From positions 1-64,000 of IMG/VR virus record IMGVR_UViG_3300025141_016046: DNA of 64,000 nucleotides; one strand, written 5' to 3'. Every line of letters begins with the position of its first letter. Within the stretch, counting starts at the first letter, position 1. Positions 9,658 to 17,165 of the stretch are shown piece after piece. The notes beneath the pieces were generated by a model, which was not told where the DNA came from, did not search any database, and was given only the letters and a program-made list of their open reading frames with translations. Both the position numbers and the translations under genes were made by a program. This stretch comes from a virus.

Positions 9658-11283
9658 TTATTTATACACCCAATCATATTCAGGAGGTATAATGTTCCTT
9701 TCTCCCCACTTATCTTGCCATTTTCCTGGCTTTTTTCCATCTGTATCTGTCCTTACTGGGTTATAAGGTCTTGCTTCTGTGAGTGCACCTGGCATATCCC
9801 TGGGCATATCGAAAGTATTCTGCTTTACAGACATAGCCTCCAGCATTGCCTTATTTAAGGCTGCTGAATTTCTACTATGATCAGATGCTGAGTCATAAAG
9901 CCATAGGCCTATTGCAAGGCTCATGACAAGATCGTCATTATAGTTTCCCCGCATTGCCTGAGCCCTGTTCCCTTTCCAGATAAAGGTCTTCATTTCTTCA
10001 TAAAACCTAGAAGAGTAGATTCTAATCTGTTTATTTCTAATAACCTCTTCAAGCTTTGTCAAGATCATTCCGCGTGTCTTTCCGCTGGTAGTGAATCCTG
10101 CTATAGATGTATCTCCAGGTGGGATATAGTCACCAATTGTAACAGCTTTTCTTCGCCTGTAATAAAGTGCTGGATAGTTTAAGTCTTTTAGCTTTATAAT
10201 TGTAGCAAATCCATAGCTGTTATTTTCTGGACATACAAGAGCTTTATTGTATTTCAAACCAAACTGATTGATAAGAACAGCGAAGTCATCTGGGGGAATT
10301 TTTCCCTTATACTCAGCCACTACTTCTCCCTCATCAATATCAATAATATGAAAGGAGGAATAGTCCTTAGAATCACCTCTTGCAACATCTGCAGATAATA
10401 CATACCTGTGATCTGATAGTGGGTACTTCCATATCCAGACACTCATGTCACGCCCGTCTCTGTCAATTGGACTTCTTATCTGTGAGTGAAGGTATTTTAA
10501 ATCTTCATCAGTAAGAAACGTTTCCCCAGAAGAAGCAAAGTCACAAAGATACTCTTGTGCAACCTTTCTAGCAGAAAAGTTTCTCGTTTCTTTATCAAAC
10601 CATTCTTGATCTCTTTCTGGGTGAACATCCCATGGAAGTCTGATAGCTTTGAACTCATTTAGCCCAGCCTCAGCATTTGTAAAAAGCTCATGATATTGAC
10701 CGCCAACTCCGTTAGGTGTAGACAGAATAACGACTCGACCACCTGTTGAAATTGTGGGATATAATCCCATCCAAAGCTCGTCAAAATTTCTAACAAATGC
10801 AGCCTCATCAACGATAAGCAAAGACAGTGCTTCTGATCGTCCAGCATCCTCAGAGGTTGGGATAGCTTTAATTGATGATCCATGACTAAACTCTAAAAGC
10901 TGCTTATTATTAGTAACAATTTGAGGAAGAACTAGCCACGGTGGCAGATTTCTTATCATTGTTTTAACTTTTTTAATAAAGTTCTGAGCAACACTTAGCT
11001 TTGTTGCAATAACAAGAATATTCTTATCTTTTTGAAAGATTGCCAGCCATGTAGCGTATGCAGCCGTTAAAGTAGAGAGGCCTAGCTGTCTGGACTTGAC
11101 TATTATTGAAAATCTATTTTGAATAAAGTCATCTACACATTGATCCTGAAATGGATATGTGTCAAAGGGTATTAAGCCTCTGACTGGATGCTGGATCTTG
11201 GTATATTTGTTAAAGAAGTATACGGGATCCTTTCCGCACTTAATGATCTCTTTAATCTGTCTTGACTTATTTGTGGACGCCAT
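9658..11283 (-). CDS. gp17: Terminase large subunit (T4 gp17 family)
   Basis: CGKDPVYF, Walker A variant KSRQLGLST, Walker B LIVDEAAF, STPNG coupling motif, nuclease DVARG...DYS, ENN, DDLVMSLA. Confidence 0.96.
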   Translation of the reverse strand: MASTNKSRQIKEIIKCGKDPVYFFNKYTKIQHPVRGLIPFDTYPFQDQCVDDFIQNRFSIIVKSRQLGLSTLTAAYATWLAIFQKDKNILVIATKLSVAQNFIKKVKTMIRNLPPWLVLPQIVTNNKQLLEFSHGSSIKAIPTSEDAGRSEALSLLIVDEAAFVRNFDELWMGLYPTISTGGRVVILSTPNGVGGQYHELFTNAEAGLNEFKAIRLPWDVHPERDQEWFDKETRNFSARKVAQEYLCDFASSGETFLTDEDLKYLHSQIRSPIDRDGRDMSVWIWKYPLSDHRYVLSADVARGDSKDYSSFHIIDIDEGEVVAEYKGKIPPDDFAVLINQFGLKYNKALVCPENNSYGFATIIKLKDLNYPALYYRRRKAVTIGDYIPPGDTSIAGFTTSGKTRGMILTKLEEVIRNKQIRIYSSRFYEEMKTFIWKGNRAQAMRGNYNDDLVMSLAIGLWLYDSASDHSRNSAALNKAMLEAMSVKQNTFDMPRDMPGALTEARPYNPVRTDTDGKKPGKWQDKWGERNIIPPEYDWVYK

Positions 11284-11663
11284 TATTCCACGCGAAAAGT
11301 TGTTATTCTCTTATAGTATGCATTTCTTCTAGGTGAAAAGGCAGATGCAGTAATTACATCAACAACATCTCTTGAATTTAGCTCCTTAACTTTTAGCGAT
11401 CTATCTGCTCTAGACTTAAATTCTTTTTTTATGCTTTTCATATAGTCGTTTATTAGCTTTATCGACTCCTCTTCATGCCTCTCAGCAAGCTTTCTTGTCT
11501 CATATACAGAACCTAAGTTTACAATTGTCATGTACGTAACAGAAAATTTATCATCCTGCAAGCTTGTTTTAATTGATACCGTTGGAGACATAACTGTTGA
11601 AGACTTTCCAAATGTTGTATCACAAATATCTCCCAGTATATTGACTTCTCTAAAGTTTAACAT
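11283..11663 (-). CDS. Hypothetical protein translationally coupled to the terminase
   Basis: 126-aa ORF, AGGAG RBS, TAATG overlap with the gp17 start. Confidence 0.75.
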   Translation of the reverse strand: MLNFREVNILGDICDTTFGKSSTVMSPTVSIKTSLQDDKFSVTYMTIVNLGSVYETRKLAERHEEESIKLINDYMKSIKKEFKSRADRSLKVKELNSRDVVDVITASAFSPRRNAYYKRITTFRVE

Positions 11664-11692
11664 AGTTGTTTACTCCTTCTTCTATATATTTT

Positions 11693-12001
11693 CTACAGAG
11701 AGAAAGAAATAGAATCAGTAGCTCTTCTATTCTTTTCTTCTTTTATTTTATTGGCTTCTGGTCGCCATCCACTAAGCCAGGCATCTTGATTTCCATCTGC
11801 CCATAATGATCCACAAGAAAAACAGCAGCTATATTTTTCATAATACTGTCTATCTAATTCACCATTCATACAGATTTCACATAGCTCACAAAAAATAGGA
11901 ACAACCTTAAAGGACTCAATAGGCTTTATAATAGTAAATCCAAGCCTATGGTTAATTTGAATAGTGTCGTTTGAAATTTTAGTTGTACGTGATTTTGGCA
12001 T
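11693..12001 (-). CDS. Small Cys-rich (probable zinc-binding) hypothetical protein
   Basis: FCELCEIC...SCCFSC...W pattern; overlaps the end of the SbcCD gene. Confidence 0.7.
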   Translation of the reverse strand: MPKSRTTKISNDTIQINHRLGFTIIKPIESFKVVPIFCELCEICMNGELDRQYYEKYSCCFSCGSLWADGNQDAWLSGWRPEANKIKEEKNRRATDSISFSL

Positions 12002-15000
12002 CTTTTCCGCTAGATAATATATCTAAAGTATTGTCAACAGCATCTTTAACTCCATCAACATGAGAAATTATCATAATATTTTTAAACCACTTTCTCATAG
12101 AATCCAAAAGCCTATTGCATGCTGCAACATTGTTCTCATCTAGTGTACCAAATCCTTCATCAATAATAAATACATCAGGCTTGGGAAGTGATGACACATT
12201 AATCAGTGCAACTCTTATAGCCAGAGAAGATATCATCTTTTCCATTCCAGAGCCAAGTTCAATAACTCTTCTAGAGTCTCCATAATTTATAAATACATCC
12301 ATTGAGTTGGTGTCTGAATCAGCTTCTAGCTCAACTGTAAATCCCATCACACCCTGAAGAATCTTTGATATTTCATTATTGATGTAGGGTAGTTGAGATT
12401 TCATAATAAGTCTTGGAATTCCTTTTTTTGACACACCTTGCATAATCAGATCGTAGACTTCAAGCTCAGAAGAAATTTTATCTGACTCTAGCTTCTCATC
12501 TCTTAGATTTGCAAGCCTCAGTTCAAACTTTCCAGCCTGCTCAACAAGCGATATTCTCTTAGCATCTACTTGTGTTATTTTTTCCAAGATTTCAGAAATT
12601 TTCTTCTTTAGTTTAATTGCAACGCTGCCCTCTTCATCATCTACTACGTGTATTTCCATATTTGCAAGATCATCACGAGATCTATCTAGCTTTCTTTTCA
12701 GCTCACTAATTTCACTTTCTATTTCATGAACTCTAATTTTTGTAGATGAAATGGAGACCCTAAGAGAAGATTCTTTACCAATTAGGCTGTCATATCTTTT
12801 AATCTTCCCTTCAAGATCTTGTGATTCAAGAGACTTAATTCTCCTTCTTGACTCTCTGGCCTGAGAACTTAAAAGAGATATTAGGTCTTTTTGATCGTCT
12901 ATTTTAAGCTTATTTTTATGAGAATCCTTAATAAACTTACAGCTAGGAAATTCACTGCCACATGGAATTCCTTCTAGCTTTTTAACAGATTTTTCTTGAT
13001 TTTTTAATATAGTCTTCTGTCTGTCAATCTCATGCTCTAGCTTTAAAAGATCTGTCTTAGTAGATCTTAGTGTCAAGAGATCTTCCTTAATTTTATCAAG
13101 TGGAAATTGAGACTTAACAGAATCAATCTTAGAAATCTTATCCTCTGAACTAGAAATTGATGCTAAAAGGTTATCTAGATCTTTCTTAATTTCAGTAATC
13201 GATGCTAGCGTTGAAGATATTAAATTTTTCTGATTTTTAATATCAGACATGGTGACAACTTCTCGATCAGGAGAAACAGCAAGTTGTATTTTTAATTCCT
13301 GATGCTGTGATCTTAGCTTATTTAAGAGTATTTCAAGATTTGATATCTTACCCCTCTTGTCCTTTATTTGTTCTTCTTGAACTTTTATCTCAGTATCCCA
13401 GTCAATCTTTGGCAGATTCTTTGCCCTAAGTCTGATCTGAGAAGACTCCTCCTTTGCCATGAAAAACATCTGATCGAATATTTCTAAATCAAGAAATTTA
13501 TTTAAAATATTTTTTCTAGAAGTAGCCTTTTCCTTAATAAATGCATTCATCTCTCCCTGAGATGATAGAGAAGTTAATAGGAAGTCATCAGAAGATCCAA
13601 TCAAGCTTTGAATAATCTTTTCTGTGTCTCTTCTTTGCTCTCCAGACATGTCTTCTATTACAAACCCATCTTCATTAATCTTTGATAGAGAGAGATTTGT
13701 AGTTGAATACACATGTCCCTTTCTTGCTTGGTGCTTAACAGTGCTTCTTTCAATTCTATATCTGATACTGTTTACATCAATATCAACCTGTGCGTGACAG
13801 TGCTTCTTTCTAGTGTTGATAATGTGAATATTTTTAATACTCCCTCTATCAGTAGTATTATACAGGCAATACATTAGAGATCCAATTATAGAAGATTTTC
13901 CTTGTCTATTTTTTCCAAATATTCCTGTAATTCCACCTAGCTTATCAAAGTTTAGTAAATTACCCTTACCGTATCCAAAAGTATTATCAAATCCTAGACG
14001 TCTAATAGACCATCTAATATTTCTAGATACAGACTCTTTTTTTGAGATTTGACTTATGTAATTGGAAATCTTTTCTTCAATTTTTTCCCACGTATCATTA
14101 GAGATATCTGTATTCTCATAGTAATTTCTCATAAGCCGCTGATGGACAGAAAAATCTCTAAGATTTTTCTTTGAAAAAGACTCACCATCTGTTTCAATTA
14201 TTCCTGGATCAACTGCGTGATCCATTTTAAATACAATCTCTGTTGCACTTTTTTGATCCTTTAGGCGTTTATACAGTGTTGTAATGTCAGACTGATGTAT
14301 TTTTCTATCAGATCTGATTCTAAACCTAGATCTATCAAACAGGCTTCCAGTTAGTGCAAGAGTAGAATCTACACTTCCTAGCCAGTCTATTGTAACAAAG
14401 GGCTGCTTGTGCTGAATTTCATAGAACTTGACGTCAAAATCGTCTTTAGATCTAATATCCCAAAATAAGAATCCTTTTCCTGGATCTTCGCCATAGTTTT
14501 GTTGAATTGATGAGCCACAGTATGCTATTGTCTTTTCTTCATTTAAAAACTGAGATTTATGAATATCGCCTAAAAGTGCAAAGTCATAGTCAGAAAAGAA
14601 TTCAAGATCAACTTCACCCTCTATCTCCCAGTCAATGTCTGTCTTAGAGCCCCAGACACCTCCATGATAAAGTGCAATATTTACCTCATCTTTAACAGGT
14701 GTAACATCCTTCCACCCCTCTTCGTCAAAGCATGAAAAGACGCACCAGTTAAACCCTGTTACACCCGTAGGGTAAACGCCTGATTCCTTATAGAGATGAA
14801 CTCTGTGATTATCCAGAGCTGACAGGATTGGACTAATAGCATCCTGGCGATCTCTATTGTTAAGAAGGCCATCGTGGTTTCCTAAAATAACATGAACTTC
14901 ACATATTTTAGACAGCTCAGTAAACCACCAGCAAAGACAATCAATCAACTCAGGAGAAATCCCCTGGGTCTTAGAATGAACTATATCCCCACCTATATAG

Positions 15001-15116
15001 ATAACATCTGGGTCGAGTTCCCTAACTTGCTTTATAAAAGCTGAGAACGACTCTATGTATTCTTCATGACGAGAAAGTCCACGCCAGTGGACATCTGCTA
15101 TGTGGACTATCCTCAT
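11979..15116 (-). CDS. Fused SbcD/Mre11 nuclease and SbcC/Rad50 ABC ATPase (gp47-gp46-like recombination nuclease)
   Basis: Phosphoesterase motifs ADVH, GGDIVH, GNHD, YHG, LGDIH; Walker A GKNRQGKSS; long coiled coil; signature variant GSGME; Walker B/D-loop IIDEGFGTLD; H-loop ISH. Confidence 0.93.
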   Translation of the reverse strand: MRIVHIADVHWRGLSRHEEYIESFSAFIKQVRELDPDVIYIGGDIVHSKTQGISPELIDCLCWWFTELSKICEVHVILGNHDGLLNNRDRQDAISPILSALDNHRVHLYKESGVYPTGVTGFNWCVFSCFDEEGWKDVTPVKDEVNIALYHGGVWGSKTDIDWEIEGEVDLEFFSDYDFALLGDIHKSQFLNEEKTIAYCGSSIQQNYGEDPGKGFLFWDIRSKDDFDVKFYEIQHKQPFVTIDWLGSVDSTLALTGSLFDRSRFRIRSDRKIHQSDITTLYKRLKDQKSATEIVFKMDHAVDPGIIETDGESFSKKNLRDFSVHQRLMRNYYENTDISNDTWEKIEEKISNYISQISKKESVSRNIRWSIRRLGFDNTFGYGKGNLLNFDKLGGITGIFGKNRQGKSSIIGSLMYCLYNTTDRGSIKNIHIINTRKKHCHAQVDIDVNSIRYRIERSTVKHQARKGHVYSTTNLSLSKINEDGFVIEDMSGEQRRDTEKIIQSLIGSSDDFLLTSLSSQGEMNAFIKEKATSRKNILNKFLDLEIFDQMFFMAKEESSQIRLRAKNLPKIDWDTEIKVQEEQIKDKRGKISNLEILLNKLRSQHQELKIQLAVSPDREVVTMSDIKNQKNLISSTLASITEIKKDLDNLLASISSSEDKISKIDSVKSQFPLDKIKEDLLTLRSTKTDLLKLEHEIDRQKTILKNQEKSVKKLEGIPCGSEFPSCKFIKDSHKNKLKIDDQKDLISLLSSQARESRRRIKSLESQDLEGKIKRYDSLIGKESSLRVSISSTKIRVHEIESEISELKRKLDRSRDDLANMEIHVVDDEEGSVAIKLKKKISEILEKITQVDAKRISLVEQAGKFELRLANLRDEKLESDKISSELEVYDLIMQGVSKKGIPRLIMKSQLPYINNEISKILQGVMGFTVELEADSDTNSMDVFINYGDSRRVIELGSGMEKMISSLAIRVALINVSSLPKPDVFIIDEGFGTLDENNVAACNRLLDSMRKWFKNIMIISHVDGVKDAVDNTLDILSSGKDAKITYN

Positions 15117-15123
15117 ATAATTT

Positions 15124-15152
15124 ATATTATTCTATTGGGCTCTCATTGTACA
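15124..15152 (-). promoter_or_regulatory. Sigma70-like promoter TGTACA-N17-TAATAT, 7 nt before the SbcCD ATG (leaderless)
   Basis: Hexamers and spacing read directly; no SD sequence before the start codon. Confidence 0.55.
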
Positions 15153-15157
15153 AGGTA

Positions 15158-15592
15158 CTAGCCTTTCATTCTATTAAGCTTGTACTCAAGATAGTGCTTA
15201 ATTTTTCCAATATCATTATCCATTACAGATATTTTTGATTGAACCCATTCAGGAAGATCATCGTCGTCATGGAGCATATCGTGAAGGCTTTGAGCATATC
15301 TTGCAACCTTGAATAGCTGGCTCCTTGTCATTCGTGCCTCTCTATCTCCTGAAGGGCTGTCACCATAGCTTAGGTTTCTTCCGTCTTCATCATGATCAGA
15401 ATGCCTTGCACCACATGGTCCGACAGGATGACCCAGTTTACATTTTTTACAAGTAGGGTTTGGTGACTGTCCCGGGATGTCTCTTTCTGGCTGAAGGCCT
15501 AAGACATCAGGCCTTGAAAAAACAGCATCCTCTTCAAGATCTGCCATTACTTCTCTAATAATATTTCTTAGCTGAGACTTGCTTATCTTCAT
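15158..15592 (-). CDS. Hypothetical protein, probable head-associated protein with a Cys/His cluster
   Basis: N-terminal MKISKSQLRNIIRE; CKKCKLGHPVGPC; C-terminal LHDDDDLPEWVQSKI helical domain; GAGG RBS. Confidence 0.75.
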   Translation of the reverse strand: MKISKSQLRNIIREVMADLEEDAVFSRPDVLGLQPERDIPGQSPNPTCKKCKLGHPVGPCGARHSDHDEDGRNLSYGDSPSGDREARMTRSQLFKVARYAQSLHDMLHDDDDLPEWVQSKISVMDNDIGKIKHYLEYKLNRMKG

Positions 15593-15614
15593 CTTATTCC
15601 TCTCGCATACAAAG

Positions 15615-15622
15615 ATAAATAT
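15615..15622 (-). promoter_or_regulatory. Candidate late-promoter motif ATATTTAT
   Basis: Lies in a 36-nt intergenic gap, 22 nt before the ATG; same core as the motifs at 22131 and 46015. Confidence 0.45.
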
Positions 15623-15628
15623 TATGAA

Positions 15629-16591
15629 CTAGAGAAGAGATCCACTTCTAATGGCGCCAATTCTCATCTTAAGCCTCTGATTTGGATTCCAGGGTGCGGA
15701 TTCTTTCTTAATATTTTTAAACTCTTCTTTTGACATGGAGCCAACATCTGAAAAATCACCCAAGCACGCCATTCTAACATCACACCCATAGGAAGTTAGA
15801 AGCTTAGCTATTTCCTGTTCTTTTATTTTCATATCTGAATCCATTGCTAGAATGACTGGTGTTTGATTGGATACAATTCTAGAAAATAAAAGGTAGTCAT
15901 CTCTTAAGCTTGACCCTAACATGCACGTAGAGTTTTCTCCTGCTTTAAACATGTCAAATGGACCTTCAACAATGACAAGCTCTTTTTTCCAGTCGATATC
16001 AATCTCATTAAAGACAATATTCTTTTTATTGTTGTTGGAGTTGATATACTTTCTTCTAACCCCTCTATCAACAGCCCTGGTTACAAAATAATTTAACTCA
16101 CCAAATAAATCAAAAGAAGGAACTATTACCCTCCTTTTAAACCTTCCGCTTCTTGAAGTTCCAAGCCTATATCTCCAAAGATCTCTCTCACATAACCCAC
16201 GAGATCTAAGATACGATATGCATGATCTTATGTCCGGATCTATTGATTTTTGAAAATCTGCTAAAAGAATAAAATCTTCAGGAAGTCTAATTGCATCCTT
16301 GTCTTCAATAATTGAAATCTTATCTATTGTAGAACTAGATCCAGAATACTTTAAAAAAACCTCTATATCATCTCTTGTTCCGTGCTTCTTTAGAACAGAA
16401 AGTATTGTCTTCCCTTTTAGCCCACATGACCAGCAATGGCATTGCCATGTATCTAAATTAACATAAAACTTCTTTTTATTTCCCTTGCCGCACTGTGGGC
16501 AGGAAAATATAGCGTTTTGCTGCTTTCTATCAAGTTCACATGAGCCAAAGACTCGTCTTAGAAATGATATCTTTTGTGTAAATGTAACCAC
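15629..16591 (-). CDS. DNA primase (DnaG/gp61-type; start revised to GTG at 16591)
   Basis: Zinc-binding domain CPQC...CHCWSC; YLRSRG; RRVIVP; TOPRIM VEGPFD and DSD. Confidence 0.9.
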   Translation of the reverse strand: MVTFTQKISFLRRVFGSCELDRKQQNAIFSCPQCGKGNKKKFYVNLDTWQCHCWSCGLKGKTILSVLKKHGTRDDIEVFLKYSGSSSTIDKISIIEDKDAIRLPEDFILLADFQKSIDPDIRSCISYLRSRGLCERDLWRYRLGTSRSGRFKRRVIVPSFDLFGELNYFVTRAVDRGVRRKYINSNNNKKNIVFNEIDIDWKKELVIVEGPFDMFKAGENSTCMLGSSLRDDYLLFSRIVSNQTPVILAMDSDMKIKEQEIAKLLTSYGCDVRMACLGDFSDVGSMSKEEFKNIKKESAPWNPNQRLKMRIGAIRSGSLL

Positions 16592-16597
16592 AATAAT

Positions 16598-16626
16598 ATC
16601 ATAACACAACTTGATATTATTTTCAA
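16598..16626 (-). promoter_or_regulatory. Sigma70-like promoter TTGAAA-N17-TATGAT with extended -10 TG, 6 nt before the primase GTG (leaderless)
   Basis: Near-consensus hexamers, 17-nt spacer and TGn extension read directly. Confidence 0.65.
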
Positions 16627-17165
16627 ATAATTAATCCTGCTCTTGAAATCACGTATGCGTCTGCCATGTCATAGCTTATAGGATCTAAAACGCACTGATT
16701 TTTTCGAGGTCCGCTTTTTAAAATTTTTGTAGGCCATTTGAAGTCATCTAGCTCACCTGATGCCCATTCTATGATTTGATCTTTTGTAGGCTTTCCGCCG
16801 TCCTTTTTTCTTTTTATCTTTATTCCGAGAGCCTTTCTTGCCGTGTTTACGTTTATGAACATTGGAGAAAAGTAAAACTCTTCTTGTGCAAGGTAGCTAA
16901 CAATTCCATTAAATCTTGCAAGTGTTAAAAGTGTCTTTGCAGAAGAAAGGCCAGGCCTAAACGCCTGTAAATTTTCTTCAATACACACCTTTTCAATTCC
17001 ATATTCAATATTCAATCTGGATAATTCACGTCTAACTTTTTGAGCTTTCTTAAATATTGTCTTATCTTTTGATAGGACAACAGATCCCATGTCAATTAAA
17101 TTACCACTTGGCCCAATAATACACCAACCTGTGCAACTAGTAGATATATCAAGTCCTAAAATCAT
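16623..17165 (-). CDS. RuvC-like Holliday junction resolvase
   Basis: N-terminal ILGLDISTSCTG, CIEE, C-terminal DMADAYVI catalytic pattern. Confidence 0.85.
   Translation of the reverse strand: MILGLDISTSCTGWCIIGPSGNLIDMGSVVLSKDKTIFKKAQKVRRELSRLNIEYGIEKVCIEENLQAFRPGLSSAKTLLTLARFNGIVSYLAQEEFYFSPMFINVNTARKALGIKIKRKKDGGKPTKDQIIEWASGELDDFKWPTKILKSGPRKNQCVLDPISYDMADAYVISRAGLII

Noticed and set aside
9658-11283. Intein, intron or homing endonuclease in the terminase (also checked by eye in portal, primase and capsid)
   Set aside because: Motif spacing is continuous and no splice-junction, LAGLIDADG or HNH motifs were seen.
11287-11297. 11-nt string TCCACGCGAAA also present at 42148-42158, each just before a TAATG stop/start junction
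   Set aside because: Both encode F-R-V at protein C-termini; two occurrences of 11 nt are not enough to exclude chance.
11283-11663. Terminase small subunit call for the gene coupled to gp17
   Set aside because: Only the position supports it; no gp16-like motif was recognised, so it is left as hypothetical.
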